A stretch of 64,000 nucleotides of DNA from Acidobacteriota bacterium (GTDB lineage Bacteria; Acidobacteriota; Vicinamibacteria; Vicinamibacterales; UBA2999). This document shows positions 46,101-52,650 of the stretch, one piece after another. Where the stretch lies: the NCBI GenBank assembly GCA_030697165.1, contig JAUYQQ010000016.1:123638-187637 (forward strand). The letters are read 5' to 3'. The notes under the pieces were generated by a model. That model made no database searches, was not told where the DNA came from, and saw only the letters and a list, made by a program, of their open reading frames with translations. Made by a program: the position numbers and the translations under genes. How positions within the stretch are numbered: the stretch's first letter is position 1; every line of letters begins with the position of its first letter.

Positions 46101-46784
46101 TACCGCTTCGAGCGATCGCGGACCTACGACCCCGAACCCGGCAACGACGTGGTGCCGCTCGACTTCGTCAGTAACCTCGCCTCGCTCAGCAGCGCCGCGC
46201 TGTGGGACCGCCGCGACGATCCGCTGGCGCCGGTCAAGGGCACGTTCTCGTCGGCGTCGATCGATCACGCGGCGTCGTGGCTCGGTTCCGACGTCAGCAA
46301 TCGCAAGCTGCTGGTGCAGCAGTACACGTTCGGGTCGCTCGGCCGGGTCGTGTTCGCGTCGCGCGTGCAGTGGGGCAAGAAGTTTGGGCCCGACCCGCTG
46401 TTGCCGAGCGCCCGCTTCAACGCCGGTGGTGCCACCAGCGTGCGCGGCTACGGCGAAGACAGCCTGGGACCGCGCGACTTCTTTGGCCTGCCGCTCGGCG
46501 GCGAAACGCTGCTGGTGCTCAACCAGGAAGTGCGCTTTCCGATCTATCGATGGATCAATGGCGTGAGCTTTGTCGATGCGGGTGACTTGCTGGGCAGTGA
46601 CGAGGCGTTCAGCTGGAGCGCCCTGAAGATTGGCTACGGTGGAGGACTGCGTTTCTCGACGCCGGTCGGCATGCTGCGGGTGGACTACGGTATTCCCGGC
46701 TCGGCCCTGTCCACCGCGACCACCCGGAAGCCCAACAGCCTCAGCGGAGGCCGTTGGTACTTCGGGATTGGGCACATCTTTTAG
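40161..46784 (+). CDS. Giant envelope protein: TamB/AsmA-like N-terminal ~1450 aa (incl. DUF490-type C-terminus) fused to ~5 POTRA repeats and an Omp85 (BamA/TamA-family) beta-barrel
   Basis: Uninterrupted 2207 codons; N-terminal signal anchor GLVIPAAIAAGMTLGALLLI; DUF490-like ...LTGTLERPSIDLTSEDGSRTPGELAAQLLG...VISYYVTPTIEIRGLS...; POTRA-like ~80-aa repeats; barrel motifs SVRGYGEDSLGP, GYGGGLRFSTPVGMLRVDYGIP, terminal ...GIGHIF*. Confidence 0.8.
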   Translation: MRVWVRRGLVIPAAIAAGMTLGALLLIHTPWARSRALSWAGDFVARYDLVLSADALSYNALTRRITLTGVRLAAEGHDDRPFLVAQRVEVTLPWMVFRGRFAIDHLSIDNGIVDIVRDENGVTNLPPGSDQPTPETARRLDLRGLTLRGLDVQYADLVRDWGVKIPQIESALTSGALGAEGAFAVRGPLAVRLRERTLTMAPFDTVITFDGSDVTLADARLVSSELNAFLSGTIHRVLDSPSLALTLKGTVALEHATKWIPPPPVPVGGLVTIDGTIAGPTSDVVTTLRVSSNTLAVGRERELTLSGPVLVTFESFSGTALAIVPRSGGEIRADFNVPWGGTAISTATASWRALDAQTALDMANVTPQAIAAGFDGSGTFEFGEPRRFAITNRATGRAKRNHVAMTGTLRATIVGDDYRFDHNHTLPGAAIEGRMAGRINRDSALLSTMTGPAHARVSDVATAAQGLAMLGFPVPEIAADVHGAIDVPMTLAGSYKLPQIETQVSGDDVDVPLLGRVRLTTHLVADTTRADITNLEVRQGSSLITGNAVANITESTWTGQFNVDAPRAEELQADVPEAWRVAGPLTVGATLGGTFDVYRLDTTITGSALTWAGQTIDTANAKAVVTPDAIDVTSLELRQGVGLLDGRVRYAWETGAYDASLKGDRLSWQGALLAPNDTQAVFSMQFDGKGTTAQPRGQGRVDFSLTGGDAGTLIGAGEMTADLMGDHARVVVRLPSIGALVNADVATASPYDYKATAILDRLELARLAPFLDAVESEILGFASGTVTASGRFADARDRVAIVNLTELDAGIGGVPVSLNAPVHVVLRGDDVTLKDLNVRIGAGRLTAAGEWNTKLDGAFQGQFIGEFQDAIRMGRAVGVPVTFDGSGPLSLDLRSNGSRAGTLATLSLKAGTFNWGGGPPAVTNLNLEAVLQGESLTVSRLSGDVASGGVVGSFAATAQAEVPVLELSAIVGELTVDAAKFTFSGIPVEQQRPSRVEFARGSLAVADISWMVANNPLVIDGSVGFAAEDPPLDLSVQGLIDLRVLSAFVSTLAFDGNANLNTLIGGTVSRPLFDGEVALRDAEIAIAEPRLVLSDLNGVILLDGQRVVLDGISGLANGGTLGLDGSLQVSGVDAIDGVVNIQAKGVAIELIDGLRSELDALITFRPDPKGPTITGDIRVVQSAYAETITLAALARRATLPVSPTQQQPYLDRVRLNLNVTTSDDMTVDNNYGRLAAAVNVRVTGTAAAPGMDGRITLREGGEIFLAGRTFRITRGDISFTDLRRIRPEFNIVAEAPLGGGDMATLTLTGTLERPSIDLTSEDGSRTPGELAAQLLGQTNTGTALTLLSADLLGVTGRAIGLDTFRVERGEFEDPDFRDDPSLIGNDRTDPTTRLTLSKRLSRKVEFTVSQNLRESGNTTFVISYYVTPTIEIRGLSRDDDTASVGIRHQVTFGGGVGRKPTELRVKQKVSAITFAGVEPAVEREVRAEISLDPGDDFDFLVLQRDVDRVRDRFKKQGYFEARVRTRRVDVPESGTVVVEYTVDRGPRTVLEVIGATLPSSLTEDLEEAWHRNAFDQFLIDDLTHRVRRYLVGTNELGSVVVGTVDRPLPNTKRLTIEVTEGVRVSGREIRVTGHQALDGDRLLDAIEAQGLDVEAWLNRRPVEELLVTAYHAAGYLKAQVTGGPLTIDGDTGVLPITIVEGPQTQVTSVQFEGVPERRLAAIQKAAAMQTPAPYVATEVSAARLRVEEQYRGDGFNAADVEVLPEVAADDTVRLTFAITEGPQQVLQEVETRGLEITRGDVLTGSLRFELGQPVDLDAWAVARKRLYDTNVFRLVDIQAVPVGEPVDGVQPVKALVVVQEYPQWTFRYGFQLEGDRELKLDEFTSTRNAGVVAELKNPNLFGRALTFGAFGMYQYDRQDATLFLATSRLFGWRARSSLYGFYSRDHIRDDDGQEIVAINDVQGFSADQRWRPRGLQVVYGYRFERSRTYDPEPGNDVVPLDFVSNLASLSSAALWDRRDDPLAPVKGTFSSASIDHAASWLGSDVSNRKLLVQQYTFGSLGRVVFASRVQWGKKFGPDPLLPSARFNAGGATSVRGYGEDSLGPRDFFGLPLGGETLLVLNQEVRFPIYRWINGVSFVDAGDLLGSDEAFSWSALKIGYGGGLRFSTPVGMLRVDYGIPGSALSTATTRKPNSLSGGRWYFGIGHIF

Positions 46785-46916
46785 TTGAAAGTTGAGAAGT
46801 TGAAAGTTGGTAGTTTTAGTTGAAAGTTACAATGACAGTGACAGTTTCAAGTTACTGAACTGAAACTGAAACTTTTGAACTTCAACTACCAACTACCCAC
46901 TCGTCAACTTTCAACT
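46783..46916. repeat. AT-rich long imperfect palindrome built from AGTTGAA-type heptamers and their complement TTCAACT
   Basis: Left arm agttgaaagttgagaagttgaaagttggtagtt..., right arm ...aactaccaactacccactcgtcaactttcaact; between convergent genes. Confidence 0.85.
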
Positions 46917-46924
46917 GACAAGGA

Positions 46925-47548
46925 TCATTTCAAGCTGCGCATAATCGCCTGCACCGCCTGGCGCTCGGGCGCTTCAGGGGCCAGGCGCAGGAACGCTTCG
47001 AAGTGCTCGGCGGCCTTCGGCAGCTGGCGTTGGCGCTGGGCCGCGAGGGCCGCGTAGTAATGCGCGTAGGCCAGGTCGGGCTTCAACTCGAGGGCGCGGT
47101 TGAACGCCGGCGTCGCCGTGCCCCAGTCGCTGCCTTTGCTCGCCGACAGCCCGAGTTGATAGAACGCGAATGGGTTCTCGCCGTCGGTTTGCGTGGCTCG
47201 GCGCGCGAGCTCGACCGCGCGGCCCGCGTCGTTGGCGGCGAGTGCTTCGCCAGACTCGCCGACGAGGCTCCAGGCCGGACCGTTCCCCTTGAGGCGCGCG
47301 AACTCGGCGGCCACCCCTTCCATGTTGTTGAGCTTGAGCAACGCCTGCGCCGCCAGGTAGGTCGACGCGGGGTCGCCGTCACGGGCAGCCTCGACCACCT
47401 GCTCGTAATTGCCCGACTGGAACAGCCGCTGGACTTCGGGCTTCTGCTCCGCCGCGGCCGAAATTACCGGCGCGCCGGGCACAATCCACACGCCCAGGGC
47501 GAGCATTGCCGCGAAAAGCGTCCGGTTTTGTGTGCACATTGACTTCAT
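46925..47548 (-). CDS. Secreted TPR-like repeat protein
   Basis: ATG 47548 MKSMCTQNRTLFAAMLALGVWIV signal; helical repeat segments (...AFNRALELKPDLAYAHYYAALAAQRQRQLPKAAEHFEAFLRLAP...). Confidence 0.6.
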   Translation of the reverse strand: MKSMCTQNRTLFAAMLALGVWIVPGAPVISAAAEQKPEVQRLFQSGNYEQVVEAARDGDPASTYLAAQALLKLNNMEGVAAEFARLKGNGPAWSLVGESGEALAANDAGRAVELARRATQTDGENPFAFYQLGLSASKGSDWGTATPAFNRALELKPDLAYAHYYAALAAQRQRQLPKAAEHFEAFLRLAPEAPERQAVQAIMRSLK

Positions 47549-47728
47549 TTGACTACTCCACCATTCCCTACTGCAACCACCGTGCCGACAGGTATACTGT
47601 AACCACACCTCCCCGGGTGACCCCTCGGAGGCCTGCAGACTTGGTGGCTCGCAACATTTAGCCACTCCGGCTACGCGCCAAGCCTCCACGCCCCCAAGGT
47701 TTCTCTAACTCGAAAGTAACGAAACTAC

Positions 47729-49213
47729 ATGTCAGATCAAAGACTGAAGATTGCCGTTTTCATCGATTTCGACAACGTCGAAATCGGGGTGAAGACGACC
47801 CTCGGGCTGCCCTTCGATATCGGCGCCGTGCTCGAGGCGATCAAGGAACGTGGTGAGATCATCACCAAGGTCGCCTACGGCGACTGGAAGCGGTCCGGCG
47901 ACTACGGCCGCGCCATGGCCCAGCACGCCGTGCGTCTGGTGCAGCGCGTGCCGACGCCCGGCGGCGACAAGAACGGCGCCGACATCAACCTCGCGCTCGA
48001 CGCCCTCGAAATGGCGTTCACGCATTCCCACATCAACGCCTTCGTCATCGTCGGCGGCGACAGCGACTTCATCACGCTGGTCGAGAAGCTGAAGCAGTAC
48101 GACCGCAAGGTGTTCGTGGTCGGCGGCCGCGCCTTCACCAGCCAGGTGATGCAGAAGAACTGCACCGAGTTCATCGCCTACGAGAACGTCGTGCCCGATC
48201 GCCGCCCCAGCCAGCCGCGGCCCGAGCGCGGCAGCGGCGAGCGGCAGCCGCGCCAGCAGGGCAGCGGCACGCAGCCAATCGAGCAGTCGGTGGCGCTCGT
48301 CAAGCGCGCGCTCAAGGTGCTGGCCGACCGCGAGGTCTCGCCGCAACTGGGCCTGCTCAAGAGCACGCTGTTGCAGCTCGACTCGTCGTTCTCGGAACGC
48401 GACTACGGCGTCGGCAGCTTCCGCGATTTCGCCGACAAGCTGGCCAAGCAGGGCATTGTCACGCTGAAGCACCAGGGCCGCAGCACGCTCGTGGAGTTGA
48501 ATGAAGGCGACGCGAGCGTGGTGGAGACCGCGGCCGCAGCCCCCATGATAGTGCTGACCGATGTTTCGAGCGAGACCATCTCCGCATCGCGCGAAGCCGG
48601 CCGTCGCGCCGCGCGCGAACTGCTGGAGCAGCCCGACCCCGGTCCCGGCGCGGCCGACCTGGACGACGAGAAGGAAACCCGCCCGGCGCCGACCGAGCCG
48701 GCGTCGCTTGGCGACGGCGTCGCCCTGGTGCGCCGCCTCCTGGCTGAAGCGGCGACGCCGCCGCGCTGGCCGATGTATCCGCGGCAGTTCAAGCAGTTCC
48801 TGAAGGCCGCGCAACCGGACTTCGACGAGCGCCGCTACGGGTCGATCGCCGACCTGATGCGCGCGTGCCAGAAGGACGGCATCCTGCGTCTCGAACGCGA
48901 CCGCCAGGGTGGCCTGCGCGTGTTCGCCAACGGCGCCACCGCGCGCGCGACGGTTCCCCACGGGTGGGGCCTCGTCGTGAACAACACGCAGCCACCGGTT
49001 GAGTCGCTCGAGTCGATCGAGCCGTCGCTGCTGGTCGAGCCGCTGCCGCCGGCGGTGGCCGAGCCGATCGCGGAGCCGGTTGACGTCGACGGCAACGTCG
49101 AAGCGACGCCGAAGACCGCCGCCAAGGCCAGGAAAGCGCCACGCGCGAAGAAGACCGCCGCGCCCGCCAAGGCCGAGAAGAAGAAGGCCGCGCCCCGCAA
49201 GAAGAAGGCGTAG
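47729..49213 (+). CDS. NYN (LabA/DUF88-like PIN-fold nuclease) domain protein with two OST-HTH/LOTUS-like modules and a Lys/Ala/Pro-rich basic tail
   Basis: KIAVFIDFDNVEIG...GADINLALDALEMAF...NAFVIVGGDSDFITLVEKLKQYDRKVFVVG (NYN); two ~70-aa ...LKSTLLQLDSSFSERDYGVGSFRDFADKL... / ...FKQFLKAAQPDFDERRYGSIADLMRAC... modules; tail KTAAKARKAPRAKKTAAPAKAEKKKAAPRKKKA. Confidence 0.7.
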   Translation: MSDQRLKIAVFIDFDNVEIGVKTTLGLPFDIGAVLEAIKERGEIITKVAYGDWKRSGDYGRAMAQHAVRLVQRVPTPGGDKNGADINLALDALEMAFTHSHINAFVIVGGDSDFITLVEKLKQYDRKVFVVGGRAFTSQVMQKNCTEFIAYENVVPDRRPSQPRPERGSGERQPRQQGSGTQPIEQSVALVKRALKVLADREVSPQLGLLKSTLLQLDSSFSERDYGVGSFRDFADKLAKQGIVTLKHQGRSTLVELNEGDASVVETAAAAPMIVLTDVSSETISASREAGRRAARELLEQPDPGPGAADLDDEKETRPAPTEPASLGDGVALVRRLLAEAATPPRWPMYPRQFKQFLKAAQPDFDERRYGSIADLMRACQKDGILRLERDRQGGLRVFANGATARATVPHGWGLVVNNTQPPVESLESIEPSLLVEPLPPAVAEPIAEPVDVDGNVEATPKTAAKARKAPRAKKTAAPAKAEKKKAAPRKKKA

Positions 49214-49221
49214 TAAACCTC

Positions 49222-49251
49222 GAGGAACCTGGAGCGCGCTTCAGGTTCCTC
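49222..49251 (+). terminator. Near-perfect 30-bp palindrome (GAGGAACCTGGAGCGC/GCGCTTCAGGTTCCTC) after the NYN gene, immediately followed by TATAAT
   Basis: One G-T mismatch pair; no downstream T-run, so terminator function is uncertain; TATAAT at 49252-49257, GTG start of next gene at 49268. Confidence 0.4.
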
Positions 49252-49267
49252 TATAATCGTCCTTCGC

Positions 49268-51172
49268 GTGTCCACCACTTACACCGCCAAAGACATCACC
49301 GTCCTCGAGGGACTCGAACCCGTACGCAAGCGCCCCGGCATGTACATCGGCGGCGTCGGCAGTACCGGCCTTCATCACCTCGTCTGGGAGACGCTCGACA
49401 ACTCCATCGACGAGGCCATGAACGGGCATGCCTCGAACATCCGCGTCACGCTGCACAAGGACGGCTCGTCGATCACCGTCGAAGACGATGGCCGCGGCAT
49501 TCCGGTCGATGCTCATCCCAAGACCAGGAAGAGCGCGCTTGAAGTGATCTTCACCGTGCTGCACGCCGGCGGCAAGTTCGAGGCCGGCAACTACAAGACC
49601 GCGGGCGGCCTGCACGGCGTCGGCGCGAGCGTCGTCAACGCCCTGTCGCGCGAGCTGGTGGCGACGGTGCGGCGCGACGGCCACCAGTACGAGATGACCT
49701 TCAAGCAGGGCAAGCCGCAAGGCAGCCTCAAGAAGGTCGGCCCGGCCCGCGGCAGCGGCACCACCGTGTTCTTCAGGCCCGACCCGCAGATCTTCCCGAA
49801 GGTCGAGTTCGAGGCCGCGCTGATTCGCGAGCGGCTGGAGGTGGCCAGCTACCTGCATCGGGGCGTCAAGGTCACGTTCGAGGACGAGTCCACCGGCCAG
49901 AAGGACGTCTTCCAGCACGAGGAGGGCCTGGTCGACTACCTCAGGAAGATCGTCACCGAGCGCAACGCCAAGCCGGTGCACGAAGCGCCGTTCACCCTCG
50001 AGAAGGATGGCGCGACCAAGCTCGAGCTGGTGCTGCAGTGGACCGAAGCGACCGACGAGAGCCTGCGCAGCTACGTCAACGGCATTCCCACCGCGTCGGG
50101 CGGCACCCACGAGAACGGCTTTCGTGCCGGCCTGGGCAAGGCCGTCCGCAACTACATCGAGACGCACAACCTGTCGCCCAAGGGCGTGACGCTCAGCGCC
50201 GAAGACATTCGCGAAGGCCTCACCGGCATCCTGTCGGTGTTCATCCAGGAACCGCAGTTCCAGGGACAGACCAAGGATCGGCTGAACAATCCCGAGGTGA
50301 TGTCGGCGGTCGACGGCCTGGTGCGGCCGGGCCTCGAGCACTGGCTGAACAACAACCAGTCGATCGCCGAGGCAATTGTGGCGCGCATCATCCTGTCGGC
50401 CCGCGCGCGCGAGGCCAGCCGGGCGGCCGCGTCGGAAGTGGTTCGCAAGGGTCCCACCGCCGGGCGCGTCAACCTGCCGGGCAAGCTGGCCGACTGCACC
50501 AACCCCGGTTCGATCACGAGCGAGTTGTTCGTGGTCGAAGGCGACTCGGCCGGCGGGTCGGCCAAGCAGGGCCGCGACCGCGCGCGCCAGGCGATCTTGC
50601 CGCTGCGCGGCAAGGTGTTGAACACCGAAGGCGTGTCAACCGCGAAGGTGCTCGAGAACAAGGAGCTGGCCGACCTGGTGACGGCCCTGGGTTGCGGGGT
50701 CGGCAAGAACTTCGACCTGAACCGCATGCGCTACGGCAAGGTGATCATCCTGGCCGACGCCGATTCCGACGGCCATCACATCGCGACGCTGCTGCTGACG
50801 TTTATCTTCCGGCACCTGCCTCAGCTGATGGCGGCGGGCCGCGTCTACCTGGCGCAGCCACCGCTGTATCGCATCGACATCGGCAAGGACACCTTCTGGG
50901 CCCTCGACGAGCAGCAGAAGGAGCAGATCCTGAAGACCAGGACCGGGCGCGCCGTCCCCGAGATCACCCGCTTCAAGGGCCTCGGCGAGATGATGCCGAA
51001 GGTGTTGTGGGAGACGACGCTCAATCCGCGCACGCGCCGGCTGCTGAAGGTCGAAGTCGCCGACCAGCTGGTGACGGACCGCGTGATCAACGAACTGATG
51101 GGCAAGGACGCGTCCGCCCGGTTCCGCTTCATCATGGACCGGGCCGAGGACGCCGTGGAGCTCGACGTTTAA
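49268..51172 (+). CDS. parE: Type IIA DNA topoisomerase subunit B (ParE/GyrB family; ParE-like by size and by the ParC-like partner)
   Basis: [24 protein letters not shown] ATPase motifs ([13 protein letters not shown]), Toprim [15 protein letters not shown]...[17 protein letters not shown]; 634 aa. Confidence 0.8.
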   Translation: MSTTYTAKDITVLEGLEPVRKRPGMYIGGVGSTGLHHLVWETLDNSIDEAMNGHASNIRVTLHKDGSSITVEDDGRGIPVDAHPKTRKSALEVIFTVLHAGGKFEAGNYKTAGGLHGVGASVVNALSRELVATVRRDGHQYEMTFKQGKPQGSLKKVGPARGSGTTVFFRPDPQIFPKVEFEAALIRERLEVASYLHRGVKVTFEDESTGQKDVFQHEEGLVDYLRKIVTERNAKPVHEAPFTLEKDGATKLELVLQWTEATDESLRSYVNGIPTASGGTHENGFRAGLGKAVRNYIETHNLSPKGVTLSAEDIREGLTGILSVFIQEPQFQGQTKDRLNNPEVMSAVDGLVRPGLEHWLNNNQSIAEAIVARIILSARAREASRAAASEVVRKGPTAGRVNLPGKLADCTNPGSITSELFVVEGDSAGGSAKQGRDRARQAILPLRGKVLNTEGVSTAKVLENKELADLVTALGCGVGKNFDLNRMRYGKVIILADADSDGHHIATLLLTFIFRHLPQLMAAGRVYLAQPPLYRIDIGKDTFWALDEQQKEQILKTRTGRAVPEITRFKGLGEMMPKVLWETTLNPRTRRLLKVEVADQLVTDRVINELMGKDASARFRFIMDRAEDAVELDV

Positions 51173-51190
51173 GGGTAGAATTTAGGCCGT

Positions 51191-52588
51191 TTGTCTGAGC
51201 CGCCGCAGAAGAAATCGCCATTCGATCGGTCGCTCGTCGAAGGCCCCATCGGCCCCGCCGTTTGGAAGCTGGCGTGGCCGACGATGCTCCAAAACGTGAT
51301 CGCCGGGCTGCAGGGCGTCGTCGATCACATCCTGGTTGGCCACCTGATTGGTTATGCCGGTAACGCCGCCATCGGTGTCAGCTGGCAGATCTTCCTGGTC
51401 GTCATCGTCTTTATTGCCTCGCTGTTCACCGGCCAGGCCGTGCTCGTGGCGCGCTTCGTCGGCGCCGGCGACGTCGATCGCGTCAACAAGACCGTGCAAC
51501 AGGCGCTGCTGACCGCCATCGCCATGTACGCGGTGATGGGGCCGGTCGGGTACTTCGCCGCGCCGTACCTCCTGGAAATGGTCAACGCCTCTGGCGAGGT
51601 CAAGGCGCTGGCGTTGCCGTTTCTCCGCATCAACTTCGCCCTGAGCTTCGGCATGCTGTCGTTCTTCATGCTGACCTCGGCGCTGCGCGCTGCCGGCGAC
51701 ACCAGGACACCGCTTCGGCTCGGCGTGACCATGACGGTGTTGAACGTGATCTTCAACCTGATCCTGATCCCGGGACTCGGCCCGATCCCCGCGCTCGGGA
51801 CCGCCGGCTCCGCGCTCGGCACCGCGATCGCCGCCAGTTCGGTCAGCGCGTATGCGCTCTACCAGCTGTTCAAGGGACGGTTGGTGTTCAGGGTGTCGCG
51901 CCACATGGACTGGCGCCCGGACTGGACGATCATCCGCGCGCTGTTCCGTTTCGGCCTGCCCACCGGCGTGCAGGGCATTGCCATGAACGTCGCCGGCGTG
52001 TTGATGCTGCGCTACATCGGCTCGTTGCCGCAGAGCGCGGCCGCCCAGGCGGCGTTCACGATTGGCTATACCGAGCTGTTCTCGATGATCACGTGGACCT
52101 CGGTCGGCCTGATGGGCGCGGCGGCCACGATTGCCGGGCAGAACCTGGGTGCCGGCCATCCCGAGCGCGCCATGCAGGGCGTGCACGCGGCGTCGCGCAT
52201 CGGTCTCGGCGTGGCCGCGTTCGTCGGGCTGCTCTTCGTGACGATCCCACAAGTCCTGCTCGGCGCCTTCGGCGCCACCGAACCGGCGGTGGCGGCGCTC
52301 GGCCAGCAGCTGCTGCAGTACCTCGCGGTGTCGGGCTTCTTCATCACGCTCGCGCTGACCTACACCGGCGGCCTGCAGGGCACCGGCGACACCCGCAGCC
52401 CGCTGTTCATCACGCTGGCGTCACAGGTGGCGGTGCCGATCGGGATGGTTTGGCTGATCCAGGCGGCCCGTCCGCTGCAGGCCGGCGACATCTGGCTGGC
52501 GATCGTCCTCGGCCACTTCACCCGCTGCGTGCTGACGGTGCTGCGCTTCCGCCAGGGCAAGTGGCGCAACATCGTCGTCGCTCATTAA
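51191..52588 (+). CDS. MATE-family efflux transporter
   Basis: TTG start; 465 aa, ~12 TM helices, N-terminal ...VWKLAWPTMLQNVIAGLQGVVDHILVGH... typical of MATE pumps. Confidence 0.8.
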   Translation: MSEPPQKKSPFDRSLVEGPIGPAVWKLAWPTMLQNVIAGLQGVVDHILVGHLIGYAGNAAIGVSWQIFLVVIVFIASLFTGQAVLVARFVGAGDVDRVNKTVQQALLTAIAMYAVMGPVGYFAAPYLLEMVNASGEVKALALPFLRINFALSFGMLSFFMLTSALRAAGDTRTPLRLGVTMTVLNVIFNLILIPGLGPIPALGTAGSALGTAIAASSVSAYALYQLFKGRLVFRVSRHMDWRPDWTIIRALFRFGLPTGVQGIAMNVAGVLMLRYIGSLPQSAAAQAAFTIGYTELFSMITWTSVGLMGAAATIAGQNLGAGHPERAMQGVHAASRIGLGVAAFVGLLFVTIPQVLLGAFGATEPAVAALGQQLLQYLAVSGFFITLALTYTGGLQGTGDTRSPLFITLASQVAVPIGMVWLIQAARPLQAGDIWLAIVLGHFTRCVLTVLRFRQGKWRNIVVAH

Positions 52589-52650
52589 CAAGAGATTAGG
52601 AGTTCAGGAGAACCAAGCATAAATTTCTCTTGGTCTCTTGATCTCCTGTT
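52587..52650. repeat. AT-rich imperfect palindrome of the AACA(A/G)GAGAT...GATCTCCTGTT family
   Basis: aacaagagattaggagttcaggagaaccaag...cttggtctcttgatctcctgtt; between convergent genes. Confidence 0.75.

Noticed and set aside
47549-47728. tRNA or small RNA gene in the 180-bp lower-GC gap upstream of the NYN gene
   Set aside because: There is no cloverleaf-compatible arms or T-loop GTTCRA motif. Only short local stems (CCTCC...GGAGG) and a loose promoter-like TGCAAC-N17-TATACT are visible, which is insufficient evidence for an RNA gene.
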